Of a DNA stretch of 64,000 bases, positions 41,029 through 50,708 are shown piece after piece. The position numbers and the translations under genes are program-made. Within the stretch, counting starts at the first letter, position 1. Each line of letters starts with the position of its first letter. Origin of the DNA: a virus (lineage: Duplodnaviria > Caudoviricetes); the IMG/VR virus record IMGVR_UViG_3300035685_000002, positions 39,061-103,060 of that record; one strand, given 5' to 3'. The notes under the pieces are model-generated. The model made no database searches and was not told where the DNA came from. It worked only from the letters and a program-made list of their open reading frames with translations.

Positions 41029-44000
41029 GTGGCAGTAATTCGTAGATTTGGATCTAAGCCGGGTGGTCCAGGTATTGTCGTTCATGAGCGGTCTGGGATT
41101 AATCAGTTACCCGACCCCTCCTACGGCAGCACCTTTATGCTGGGGATTCTAAAGCGCGGACCAATGGGCGTCGTGGTGCCCGTCCGCAGCAAGCGGCAAT
41201 ATCAACTAATCTTTGGAGATCCGTCTTCAGACTCCTGGCACCTATTTGGAGATAGCTCCCACTTATGCCCAGATGCTGTTGACGGTTTTTTCTCTACTGG
41301 TGGCGGCGCTGGGGTACTGATGCTTTGCCGACCAGAGCTAGACAAGACTGCCAAGCCAGCAACTAAGACGTTTCGGGGGCGTAATGGCGCTGAAGTCTTA
41401 AGAGTCAAGGCCGCTAATGAAGGTCGCTGGGGCGGATACGCTGCCAATATCAAGGCTTCCCCTATCGTTTACGCAACCAGTAGAACCTTTACCCTTGTAA
41501 CCCCTGGTGTTGAACGGAATCAGATGCGGGGCGGTACGGTGCGTTTTTCTAATTTAGGGAACCGCTCCTACTCTATTGTTAGTAACAGTAAGGCAGACCC
41601 CAATTCGGGGGAGACCGTCTATACAGTCGGGGCCCAGTATGACCTTGTGCGGGAGCGAGTGTCGGGTCCTGTTGCTCTAACCGGGCGCTCTACTTATTCC
41701 CCTTATGCTCAGATTGCCGGAACGATCGCATTCCCCTTGTACCGCCCTGTCACTGGTACTGCCACGATCAACGAGCGAGTTGTTACCGGAGTTGGCACGG
41801 CATTCTCTGCTGAACTGATGGTCGGTTCCAATCTCTACTACAACGGCGAAGCCCGGAGTATTGAGAGCATCACCTCAGATACAACCCTTACTGTTGCCGA
41901 ACCCTTCTCCGTACCATCAGCGGATGGCGTGACACTAGAGCAGGACAACCTTGTAGTTACTGGAACCAATACTCAGTTCACCGCCGAGTTGGCTGCGGGC
42001 ATGGAGTTGTTCGTTAACTTCAATGGTACGAGACAAGGTCGGAGAATTGCAGCTGTCTCTTCCCCCACTCAGTTAACTCTCACCTCTGGGTTTACAGATG
42101 AAGTTACCCCCGGCACTCAGGCGAGTCGTAAAAATATGACTTTAACTGGTACGGGTACTGCCTTCTTGACTGAAATTCGACCAGGGCAATTCATCGTAGA
42201 TCCCAACCGAGCTGGTTCTACCGTAAAGGTTACTGAGGTCATCTCGAATACCGAACTGCGAATTGAGGCTCCATTCCTAGGTAACTTCGCCGACGCCCAG
42301 CTTACTCGTCAGCCATACCTGGCGACGATAGAACTCGTGCCCGGTCGCAACGAAGGATTGGCAATTGAAATTTCCCAAGGACTAAAAAGACCCGAAACTA
42401 ATTTCACTCTGACAGTCTACTTTAATGGGTCTCAAGTCCTGCAAGTTCCTGACTGCTCACTAGATCCAAACGACCCGGATTTCGTTGACACTAAGGTCAG
42501 TAACGCCAATATCGCTCACGCGACTGGAACTCGGAACTATACCCAGTGGATTGAAGCAGAATCGCTTTGGTCAAGCAGTTATACCACCTCTGAACAGAAC
42601 GACGTGCGTCCCTGTAACGGTGCTGGTGAAATCCTGCATCTGACCAGCAATGCCATGTATACTGTCGAGGATCTGGAATGGGACAAGATTGTTGGGCAAC
42701 GGATTTATCCAAATCCCTACGAGTACTACCGGGATTTCTATACGATCCAGAATGCGATCGCTCCTCTCACCCTTCAAGGCACCCTTTCTTCAGCTGGCGT
42801 TAACGTAACCGGAACTTCTACTCAGTTCCGAGATCAAGTTAAGTCCGGGCAGTACCTCTATGATCCAGCTAGCAATACAGTTCGCAAAGTGCGCTCGGTT
42901 ATGAGTGACACTCGCCTAACACTGGAAACTCCCTTCCCGGTTGACATGGTTGCTGGGACTAAGAGTAAGATTGCTGGTTCTATTAGTGTTGGCGATCGCT
43001 ATGATCTTCAGCTATCAACAGGTATTGGCACTCGCTTCCTGGTTGTCTTCCCACAATATTTGGAGGGCGGGTATGACGGCGACACGGGCACACTGATGCC
43101 CCATTACTTCACGCAGTATCTCGATATTGACTACAACTTCATCGAGAAGTACACGTTGAATCGCAACCTGGGGTTAGTGAAGATTGCTGTACCTGGAATT
43201 AGTGATGAAACGGTGCAGAAGACCGGGATCTACTACGCACAGGAGCAAGCTTACGAGTTCCGGGCGGAAATTCCTAGCTACATTACCAGTGCATCAGTCG
43301 CAGAGTCGTTTGTAATCAATCGCCTGGGTAGGAATGATTTCCAAGCCGTAGCCTTTCCTAGTTATGCAACCATCTCATCCCCTCTTGGTGCGGGTGAACG
43401 CTTTGTTCCCATTACAGGGGAAATACTTGGGGGAGAAGCAGAACGGGCAGTTACATACTCTGGATACCATCATCCATTCGCTGGTATGCAGGCAATTATG
43501 CCCCGGATTTTGAAGCTCCCCGTTGCCCTGGACATGGATGACGAAGCTATCTTAAACCTTGCGGGAATACAGCCCATCAAGATAATGGATGGGAATGCGA
43601 TTGTCTTTGGTGCTCGCGTACCTGCACTTAGCGGCATTTACGACTTCAAGCATATCCGCGAGATTCAGTCCAATTACGTCCGGGTATTTCTAGAAGCTCG
43701 GAACTTGTTAGAGATGCTGTTCCAGCCGAACCAGCCGGGGGTGCTTAATGAGGCGATCCTCTTGCTGAACGAGTTTGCTCGTAATGAGTACCGTAAAGGA
43801 ACCATTACTCAATATCTGAGCTTCCAACAGGCGATAAACATTTCTTCGGAAATTCGCTCGGATACTGTCATTGCCGGAACTGACTCTAAGAGTTCCTTGA
43901 TAGCAATCATTAACGGCAAGCTCAATATCATCTTTAATTACACCCCGACCGGAATTGTAGAGGTGCTGAATATCACTGTTGGTCCAGACCTTTTGGTCGA

Positions 44001-44034
44001 GTCCTATGGTGCATCACTTGCTAGTGCTGCTTAA
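41029..44034 (+). CDS. Tail sheath protein
   Basis: PG..V.E N-terminus, ANEGRWG, LEGGYDG and C-terminal LN..GI.PI....G..VFGAR sheath motifs. Confidence 0.88.
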   Translation: MAVIRRFGSKPGGPGIVVHERSGINQLPDPSYGSTFMLGILKRGPMGVVVPVRSKRQYQLIFGDPSSDSWHLFGDSSHLCPDAVDGFFSTGGGAGVLMLCRPELDKTAKPATKTFRGRNGAEVLRVKAANEGRWGGYAANIKASPIVYATSRTFTLVTPGVERNQMRGGTVRFSNLGNRSYSIVSNSKADPNSGETVYTVGAQYDLVRERVSGPVALTGRSTYSPYAQIAGTIAFPLYRPVTGTATINERVVTGVGTAFSAELMVGSNLYYNGEARSIESITSDTTLTVAEPFSVPSADGVTLEQDNLVVTGTNTQFTAELAAGMELFVNFNGTRQGRRIAAVSSPTQLTLTSGFTDEVTPGTQASRKNMTLTGTGTAFLTEIRPGQFIVDPNRAGSTVKVTEVISNTELRIEAPFLGNFADAQLTRQPYLATIELVPGRNEGLAIEISQGLKRPETNFTLTVYFNGSQVLQVPDCSLDPNDPDFVDTKVSNANIAHATGTRNYTQWIEAESLWSSSYTTSEQNDVRPCNGAGEILHLTSNAMYTVEDLEWDKIVGQRIYPNPYEYYRDFYTIQNAIAPLTLQGTLSSAGVNVTGTSTQFRDQVKSGQYLYDPASNTVRKVRSVMSDTRLTLETPFPVDMVAGTKSKIAGSISVGDRYDLQLSTGIGTRFLVVFPQYLEGGYDGDTGTLMPHYFTQYLDIDYNFIEKYTLNRNLGLVKIAVPGISDETVQKTGIYYAQEQAYEFRAEIPSYITSASVAESFVINRLGRNDFQAVAFPSYATISSPLGAGERFVPITGEILGGEAERAVTYSGYHHPFAGMQAIMPRILKLPVALDMDDEAILNLAGIQPIKIMDGNAIVFGARVPALSGIYDFKHIREIQSNYVRVFLEARNLLEMLFQPNQPGVLNEAILLLNEFARNEYRKGTITQYLSFQQAINISSEIRSDTVIAGTDSKSSLIAIINGKLNIIFNYTPTGIVEVLNITVGPDLLVESYGASLASAA

Positions 44035-44090
44035 TTAACGCCCGCTAATAAAGGTTTATTAGCGGGCACTGTCACCTTAAGAGGAAACCA

Positions 44091-44678
44091 ATGCCGATCC
44101 AATTAAACAAAGCCGTCTTAGAGCAGAATATTTTCACCAAGGCTAATCAGACTCTAACGATTACTGGTCTTGGTAAGATGCTCATTCTAAGTAGAGATGC
44201 CATTACATTGGAAATGCCGACGATAGAACTCGCAGACAAGACCAATGTTCCGGGGGGACGTAACAACCCTGGTGAATTCAATTGCGTAGTCCAATTAGCG
44301 CATGATGATATGCGTAGGAAGATGATTAGCTGGTATCACCAGTGTCTTAACTACGGCAATGGTGTTAATGCCAACTACAAGAAGCCAGCATTACTGACGT
44401 TTAACCGCCACTTCCAAGGAGCGCCGGATGCCCAATTTGGCAACGGCAGTTCTGCGAGAAATCCTTTAAATATAACCATCCTGGGAACTTGGCCTAAGAG
44501 TTGCGAGATTCCTGAGTACTCAATGAGTGATGGTGATGACGGGGATGCAGACTGTCAGTTGACCCTGAATATTAGCTATGACGACATTGAGTTTGAGGCC
44601 AATGAAGTTAATGGTCTTGGTGCGCTTACTGGTTATAGAAATACTGGTGGGGCGAATACCAATCTTCTAGGACTCTAG
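44091..44678 (+). CDS. Tail tube protein (T4 gp19-like)
   Basis: Follows the sheath; WY......YKK, GTWP and LTLNISYD. Confidence 0.75.
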   Translation: MPIQLNKAVLEQNIFTKANQTLTITGLGKMLILSRDAITLEMPTIELADKTNVPGGRNNPGEFNCVVQLAHDDMRRKMISWYHQCLNYGNGVNANYKKPALLTFNRHFQGAPDAQFGNGSSARNPLNITILGTWPKSCEIPEYSMSDGDDGDADCQLTLNISYDDIEFEANEVNGLGALTGYRNTGGANTNLLGL

Positions 44679-44694
44679 ATTACAGACTGAGTAC

Positions 44695-44725
44695 AAAAAA
44701 ACCGCTCCTGATGGGGCGGTTTTTG
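44695..44725. terminator. Bidirectional intrinsic terminator
   Basis: AAAAACCGCTCC..GGGGCGGTTTTT. Confidence 0.75.
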
Positions 44726-44774
44726 CATTTCGCAAGACATTGGTAATGGGTGGTCGCCGTCCAATAAACCTTTA

Positions 44775-46979
44775 TTAAAAATTGCCCGCTTCCTGCAACC
44801 TCCATGCCAACTTAGTGTTGCGCTCTTGCAACTTCTGCGATTTAACTGCAATTTGCAAGGGTCTTTCCTCTCCGACCACTACCAAGAGCTTTTTAGCGCG
44901 AGTGGCTCCTGTGTAGATGAGATTTCGCTGAAGCATCATGTACTGGCTCATCGACACAGGCATGACAACTACTGGAAATTCTGCACCCTGTGAGCGATGA
45001 ATACTGATACTGAACGCGAGCATCAAGTCTCCAAGCTCTGAGAAATTATAGGCAAGGAACCGACCTTCTGGATTGTCCAAGTCAGGGAACCAGATGATTA
45101 CTTCCTTTTCCTGCTTATCGATCCGGATTATCTTACCGATATCCCCGTTGTACACGAGCTTGTTGTAGTTATTCTGGGTTTGGATGACGCGATCGCCCTC
45201 CCTAAATCCACCAACTTCCTCCTTGGCGTCATCAACCGGATTCCAGGTCAACTGTATCATTTTATTCAGCTCAACGTTCCCTACATCCCCTTTGTTCATG
45301 GCGGAGAGGCATTGGATATCATCTTGTTTCCAGCCGAGTTGAGGGAGTTTATCGGCAATTAACCATTTAATAGCACTGATGATCTGACCTTGAGCGCACT
45401 TTATCCACAGTGCGTCTGTCCTGGGGATTGCAGTATCTTTGGTAATAATTTCTAGCTCCGGTAACCGCCCTTCATTGATTGCCGATGAAGCCTGAATAAT
45501 CCTGCTGGTTGCTACTTGGCGGAAGATTTCAGTTAGTCTAACTACAGGAAGTTCCCCTGAAATAATTAAGTCCTTCAAGACATTACCAGCCCCAATAGAA
45601 GGTAGCTGATCCACGTCACCCACAAATGCTACTACAGCATGGTCGGGGATTGCCTGGAATAGGCTATTTGCTAGCTTGAGATCCATCATTGAAGATTCAT
45701 CTATCAGGAATGCATCTCCGCTGACCGGATTCTCTCTGTTATGAGCAAACCCTCCGCTCCCGTTCCAGCCGAGTAGTCTGTGGATTGTGCTGGCGTCTCT
45801 TAACCCGGTTGCCTCTCGGATTCGTTGGGCTGCCCGTCCGGTGGGCGCGATCGCAATCACTCTCCGTCTTTGTTTATGCCAGAACTCAATCACAGCCTTA
45901 GAAATTGTGCTTTTCCCAGTACCGGGTCCGCCACTGATTATCGTTACCCCATTACTAGCGGCTGTTGCTACGGCTGCTCTTTGTTGCGGCGCTAACTCTA
46001 TCTCATTATTGAGTTCGTAGTCCCATAACCACTCATTGATGTCTATATTAGACTGCATACGACCGCTCAGACTTTTTATCCGCTCTGTTAGCTCCTGCTC
46101 GGCTCGGTAGAACGAATTGAGGAAGATGTTGCCATTCTCTTCTACCAGGCGGCGGGATAAACCAGTTTTTGAGTCCTTAAGTTCCTCAATCTCCTGCGCA
46201 ACGGTTTCTGGGACTGGTTTGAAACCGGGAAGTGCGATCGCCTCACACGTCATGCAGATCAATTCATTGCGGGGCAGATAGCAGTGACCGTGCATATTAG
46301 CTACGCCTTTCATCACATACAGGATTGCTGCCTGTATCCGGACTGAGGAATTTAGACCTATGTTTAATCCCCTGGCTACTTCGTCCGAACGCTTAAACCC
46401 AAACCCCTGGACTTCATCTGCCAGGATGTAGGGATTTTCCTGAATAGTTCTAATTGCAGCCTTTCCATATTTCTTGAAAAGTTTGGCAGCATATCCAGCT
46501 GATACCTTTAACTCGTGCAGGAATGCGATCAAGTCGCTCATCCCTTGGCTAGCGTGGAACGACTCTACTATATTGGGCAGATTGCTCTCGGTAATTCCCC
46601 GGAAGTTGAGCAGTTCCTCAGGGTCTTCTTCCAGGATCTGGAAGATTCTTTCTCCATATTCCTCTGTTAGCAACTTGGCAGTTTTGGGTCCAATCCCTTT
46701 TAAAACCTGGAGGAACGCAATGATGCCCTCAGTCGAAGTCGGCTGAGGGCAAGAGTAAGAAGTGAACTTGAATTGTGTTCCAAACTTTGGGTGTGTTGTC
46801 CAGTATCCCGCTAGCTCTACCTCCGCTCCTTCACGGGCGTCGGGCATTGTTCCAGCAGCTGTGACCACTTCAAAACTACTGGTTTGAAGTCGGATAACGG
46901 CAAATCCAGTCTCTTCGGATAGGTATGATACTGAGGCGATCGCGCCCTTCAGTATTTCCAGTTGTTGTTCCACGAGCAT
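44775..46979 (-). CDS. recD2: RecD2/TraA-like ATP-dependent SF1B helicase
   Basis: HPKFG.QF, HhH repeats, GGPGTGKS, IDESSM, GDVDQLPS and SIHRSQG.EF. Confidence 0.93.
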   Translation of the reverse strand: MLVEQQLEILKGAIASVSYLSEETGFAVIRLQTSSFEVVTAAGTMPDAREGAEVELAGYWTTHPKFGTQFKFTSYSCPQPTSTEGIIAFLQVLKGIGPKTAKLLTEEYGERIFQILEEDPEELLNFRGITESNLPNIVESFHASQGMSDLIAFLHELKVSAGYAAKLFKKYGKAAIRTIQENPYILADEVQGFGFKRSDEVARGLNIGLNSSVRIQAAILYVMKGVANMHGHCYLPRNELICMTCEAIALPGFKPVPETVAQEIEELKDSKTGLSRRLVEENGNIFLNSFYRAEQELTERIKSLSGRMQSNIDINEWLWDYELNNEIELAPQQRAAVATAASNGVTIISGGPGTGKSTISKAVIEFWHKQRRRVIAIAPTGRAAQRIREATGLRDASTIHRLLGWNGSGGFAHNRENPVSGDAFLIDESSMMDLKLANSLFQAIPDHAVVAFVGDVDQLPSIGAGNVLKDLIISGELPVVRLTEIFRQVATSRIIQASSAINEGRLPELEIITKDTAIPRTDALWIKCAQGQIISAIKWLIADKLPQLGWKQDDIQCLSAMNKGDVGNVELNKMIQLTWNPVDDAKEEVGGFREGDRVIQTQNNYNKLVYNGDIGKIIRIDKQEKEVIIWFPDLDNPEGRFLAYNFSELGDLMLAFSISIHRSQGAEFPVVVMPVSMSQYMMLQRNLIYTGATRAKKLLVVVGEERPLQIAVKSQKLQERNTKLAWRLQEAGNF

Positions 46980-46994
46980 ATTTCTTTCCTTTAA

Positions 46995-47393
46995 TTAAGA
47001 GCGTGGGTCAATTATCTGTTCGTAACCATGTCCATCGGCATCGTATTCCAGCGCGATCGCCTGATTCTCCTTAACCCATTCCATAAAGGTAGATGGGGAT
47101 TGGTAGGTTGCTAGAGACTTTTCTAATTCCTTGCAACCGCGATCGCTCAGTGATGCATAACTGCCATACTCCTGGCGTATCTTGCTATTGACAAGCTCTA
47201 CGTAATATTCGATAGCTGTTTCCTTGATTGCGCAAGCTTGTTCTTCCAAGAAGAACACAGCACCTGGATCTGGGTGATTGTTGGGAGTTTCTCCCTTTTG
47301 GAAGCTGATAACCTGTGCATTGAACCAGCCGACGCATCGCACAAGGTCGTGGAACAGTTCCACTGGGACGGTCATCATTTCGTCGTTGTCCAT
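46995..47393 (-). CDS. Hypothetical protein
   Basis: Start MDNDE lies just downstream of a 16-bp palindrome. Confidence 0.6.
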   Translation of the reverse strand: MDNDEMMTVPVELFHDLVRCVGWFNAQVISFQKGETPNNHPDPGAVFFLEEQACAIKETAIEYYVELVNSKIRQEYGSYASLSDRGCKELEKSLATYQSPSTFMEWVKENQAIALEYDADGHGYEQIIDPRS

Positions 47394-47474
47394 TAATTTC
47401 CCTAATAAAGGTTTATTAGCCGATTTAGCAAAATGCAAAAACACAGCGGTAGAATTATCTACCGCTGTGTGTCT

Positions 47475-47858
47475 TTAAGTTAGCCTTTTCCAGAGTTGAG
47501 CTGTGAACCCTTCCTCTGCCTCATCTGGGAACTTCTCTGCCATTTGAGCGATCGCGTGTCCCCATGAAGCGGCTCGGATGTAATACCCCTGCCGAGCAGA
47601 AAGGTCATCATGTCCAACAGTGCCGCGTGTATATCCGTAATTAATGGTACAGCGGTACTCGTCACCCATATTGTTGACGTTTCTTGGCATCGGATTTGCC
47701 TCCTCGAAGGCGATAATAGCGGCGTCAGCATCCTTGATCCGTTTTTTCAAGTCTGCGGAGATGCCGTGCATTCCTTGAGCATCTATTTGCCTTGCCATGT
47801 CCTCTGCTAGCTTTGTAAATTCTTTAGCCCAGTAGAGAACTGCCTTGACGTATCTCAT
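47475..47858 (-). CDS. Hypothetical protein with RCTxN/RQGYY domain (accessory cassette)
   Basis: Promoter at 47873-47896; C-terminal domain shared with the spike C-terminus. Confidence 0.7.
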   Translation of the reverse strand: MRYVKAVLYWAKEFTKLAEDMARQIDAQGMHGISADLKKRIKDADAAIIAFEEANPMPRNVNNMGDEYRCTINYGYTRGTVGHDDLSARQGYYIRAASWGHAIAQMAEKFPDEAEEGFTAQLWKRLT

Positions 47859-47939
47859 AAAATAGTTCTATGTGTTTACTTTTATATTTTATCACAAGTA
47901 TGATATAATTTGACAGTAAACACAATTAAGTAATCAAAA

Positions 47940-48347
47940 ATGTTGAGTAACTGCGAAGACTGTAAATACTTCAGCAAAGATGGCTGTGCTATCAATCCTG
48001 TTCACTGGAATGTCTGGGATTTGATCCAACCAAAACGTCCCAAACTCCTTAATGACGAAACTAGGGACGCGATCACATCCAATGCCCAGTCATGTCAACA
48101 CTTTCAAGTAGCAGAGGATTTACAGATAGTCCATGCCCGAATTGGACTTCCTCTCCGAACCTGGAGACAAATTGCCGAAATGGAAGATGTCGATCATGGC
48201 TACACGCTACTGATTGAATCCGCGCAGCAAGTCATTTACACATGCGGCTCACAAAGAAACTCTGAACCTGATTACGGGTCTGAGTTCAGAGATGTTGTGG
48301 GTGAATTAGAAGACGGTCTTAAAGATATTCCCTGGTGGAATTCTTAG
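47940..48347 (+). CDS. Cys-rich hypothetical protein (accessory cassette)
   Basis: CEDCKYF...CAINP; promoter at 47899-47922. Confidence 0.65.
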   Translation: MLSNCEDCKYFSKDGCAINPVHWNVWDLIQPKRPKLLNDETRDAITSNAQSCQHFQVAEDLQIVHARIGLPLRTWRQIAEMEDVDHGYTLLIESAQQVIYTCGSQRNSEPDYGSEFRDVVGELEDGLKDIPWWNS

Positions 48348-48417
48348 TAAATTGCATAAAAAGCGGTAGAGAAATCTGCCGCTTTTTATTTAGATAATCT
48401 ATTTAGGGAGTGGAAGT

Positions 48418-48708
48418 ATGAGCAGATTATCTCAATGGTGGAATATTCCAAACGGAATGCAGCGCAAGAGGATGGAAGCCTTGCAGGCTAATCGGGTTCG
48501 CTCCTATGAGCGTATTGCTATTTCTCGACAAGAATACAATGAGGCTTGTTCCAATCCACACAAAAAGAATGAATGGGTTGAAGCTGGTAAAGAGCTTATG
48601 GCTCAATATCCACAATTGATTGAACTCAAGATTGATGTGTGGGGCGGAGCTTCGGTTCTCTGTGTCCTAAAACGAACTGAGGATGGTGTGCAAGTTCGGG
48701 ATAGATGA
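48418..48708 (+). CDS. Hypothetical protein
   Basis: 96 aa with a GGAG RBS. Confidence 0.6.
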   Translation: MSRLSQWWNIPNGMQRKRMEALQANRVRSYERIAISRQEYNEACSNPHKKNEWVEAGKELMAQYPQLIELKIDVWGGASVLCVLKRTEDGVQVRDR

Positions 48709-48779
48709 TGTTTAGCAAATTGCAACAAAACAGCGGTAGAACAATCTACCGCTGTTTTGTTTTGGATAATAAACCTTTA

Positions 48780-49114
48780 TTATTCTGCAAACTTGTCGCG
48801 AACATAGTTCCAGCCCCGCATGACCATATCCTCTTACTCATGAGGTGGTGGTGCGGATGGGTCTTGGGCGATCGCAATCCCTTCCAGGAATTGCCTAATG
48901 CGGGAATCTATATCATCTAGAAAGATTTGCCCTTTGTCGCCAACACCTATCTGTAACCAGACTTCATAAACGACGTTGAGGCTTTCTACTAATCCCACTT
49001 CAATTCTATGCCAGTCGTGATTTGTGGACAGATATCTGAGATGGCGATATCTGTTTCTTCTTCGCCTGGAAGCTGTCCACATCCTGCGGGTAAACTCCAA
49101 CCAAATTTCGACAT
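48780..49114 (-). pseudogene. Possibly degraded accessory gene
   Basis: ATG 49114 gives MSKFGWSLPAGC.. and stops after 41 aa; coding-like sequence continues in another frame with an internal TAA. Confidence 0.3.
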
Positions 49115-49181
49115 ATACTTCAACTAGTTTTTTGTGCTATTTATTTTATCACAAAAATGATATACTTGATAAGTAAACATA

Positions 49182-49697
49182 TTGGATGACCCAATGCAGT
49201 TCAAAGATTTAAAGATTGGCGATCGCTTCACCATTCCCGTCTACAAGCAGCACCCATCTAACCAAGAAGGGCAGTATGCAATCAAATTGTCGGAAATGGT
49301 ACACGAAGTCCGGTCTGGAAACGAAAATCCAAGACTTATTAAGGAGTCGCATGGGCATGGAACTATTTCTACTCCTACCTGGATTGATCCAGATATTGAG
49401 GTTGAGAAGTTACCTGATATGAAAGGTAGCTTTGGGGAAAACAATTCGATTCCAGTTATTGGTCAATTAGTTTGGTTTAAAGACGAGCATATTGGCAGCA
49501 GTGCCTCCCCCGTAATGTATGAAAATGTCAGAGAGGGCATAGTCTACAGGGTATTTCAGAACTTTTGTGATATTCGCGAAAGTGATGGCAGCACAACTTC
49601 TCAAAATATCTATGGTGTATATGATCACAAGCCAAGAATTGAAACCCAGATGGTTGAAGAATTCTTCGGCAGTTACGAAAAAACGGTTCTGATTTAG
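49182..49697 (+). CDS. Hypothetical protein (accessory cassette)
   Basis: Promoter at 49156-49179; likely start MQFKDL. Confidence 0.65.
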   Translation: MDDPMQFKDLKIGDRFTIPVYKQHPSNQEGQYAIKLSEMVHEVRSGNENPRLIKESHGHGTISTPTWIDPDIEVEKLPDMKGSFGENNSIPVIGQLVWFKDEHIGSSASPVMYENVREGIVYRVFQNFCDIRESDGSTTSQNIYGVYDHKPRIETQMVEEFFGSYEKTVLI

Positions 49698-49770
49698 AGA
49701 TCGGTAATCATGTTTTGATGAAATTGCATACAAAAAAAGGCGGCAGATTTCTCTGCCGCCTTTTTTTGTA

Positions 49771-50385
49771 TTAAGAATACCGAATTGTCATCAGTATTTC
49801 CGCAAGATTGTAGTAGCACGATTGAATGTCGTCTGTACTACCCCCTTCTATGTAAAACTGGGCACAATATTTCCAGTCTTTTTGAGGCGTTGTCGCTAGT
49901 AAATTAGCGAGTCCCTCTAGAGTGTCAGGGTCTGTTGCTCCCTTATCTCTGATAGTTAGACATAAGGCTTGGGTTTTTTTACAAAACAATTCTTCTAGCT
50001 TGGACATAGTAAGGGAATCTGTTAGCCCTAAAGCATCCCAATCTATGATAAGAGAACTTTCTGGCATATAGCTGGGATGAAGATTAAATTCCAGAGGTAA
50101 AGGGTTATGTATTTCTCCTTTTTCGTTCTTCATGAACATACTATAAAGCGGTTCCTCTGTTGATATGCCTTGTCGCTTTGCTCTTGAGATATCATTCCAA
50201 GTAATATCTTCATAAGCCCATCCCCTGATATAACAGTAGGGGAATGTTACTAGTATGGGATAAATATGTCTTTGTTCGACATCGTGATTAGGGCGTGACT
50301 TCTCGATAAATTCTTTAAATTCTGTAAAGAATGGACGGAAGCCATAAACCTCTGTGTTGCCTTTTTCTTGAAACATATTGTTCAC
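49771..50385 (-). CDS. Hypothetical protein (accessory cassette)
   Basis: Promoter at 50391-50414; terminator at 49731-49769. Confidence 0.7.
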   Translation of the reverse strand: MNNMFQEKGNTEVYGFRPFFTEFKEFIEKSRPNHDVEQRHIYPILVTFPYCYIRGWAYEDITWNDISRAKRQGISTEEPLYSMFMKNEKGEIHNPLPLEFNLHPSYMPESSLIIDWDALGLTDSLTMSKLEELFCKKTQALCLTIRDKGATDPDTLEGLANLLATTPQKDWKYCAQFYIEGGSTDDIQSCYYNLAEILMTIRYS

Positions 50386-50708
50386 AATTTAGTTTACTTA
50401 ATTATTTTATCACAATTATGGTAAAATAATAATACACGACACAAAGGTGTATTATGCAAAAAAGTGACATAAGTATCAAATGGATGAACAATCGATTTGG
50501 TCACAGAAAAGTTGTTTGTCCCGGAATCGATTTAAGATATACGGTGATGTTCTTCCCTCGCGTGTGGTTCCATAACCCACACGCTTCAAGAACACTGGAG
50601 CGATGGCGAACCACACCAACCTTTTCGGATTAATTTTGAAAATAGCAATGCTTGCAAAACAGCGGTAGAGAGATCTGCCGCTGTTTTGTTTTGGATAATA
50701 AACTTTTA

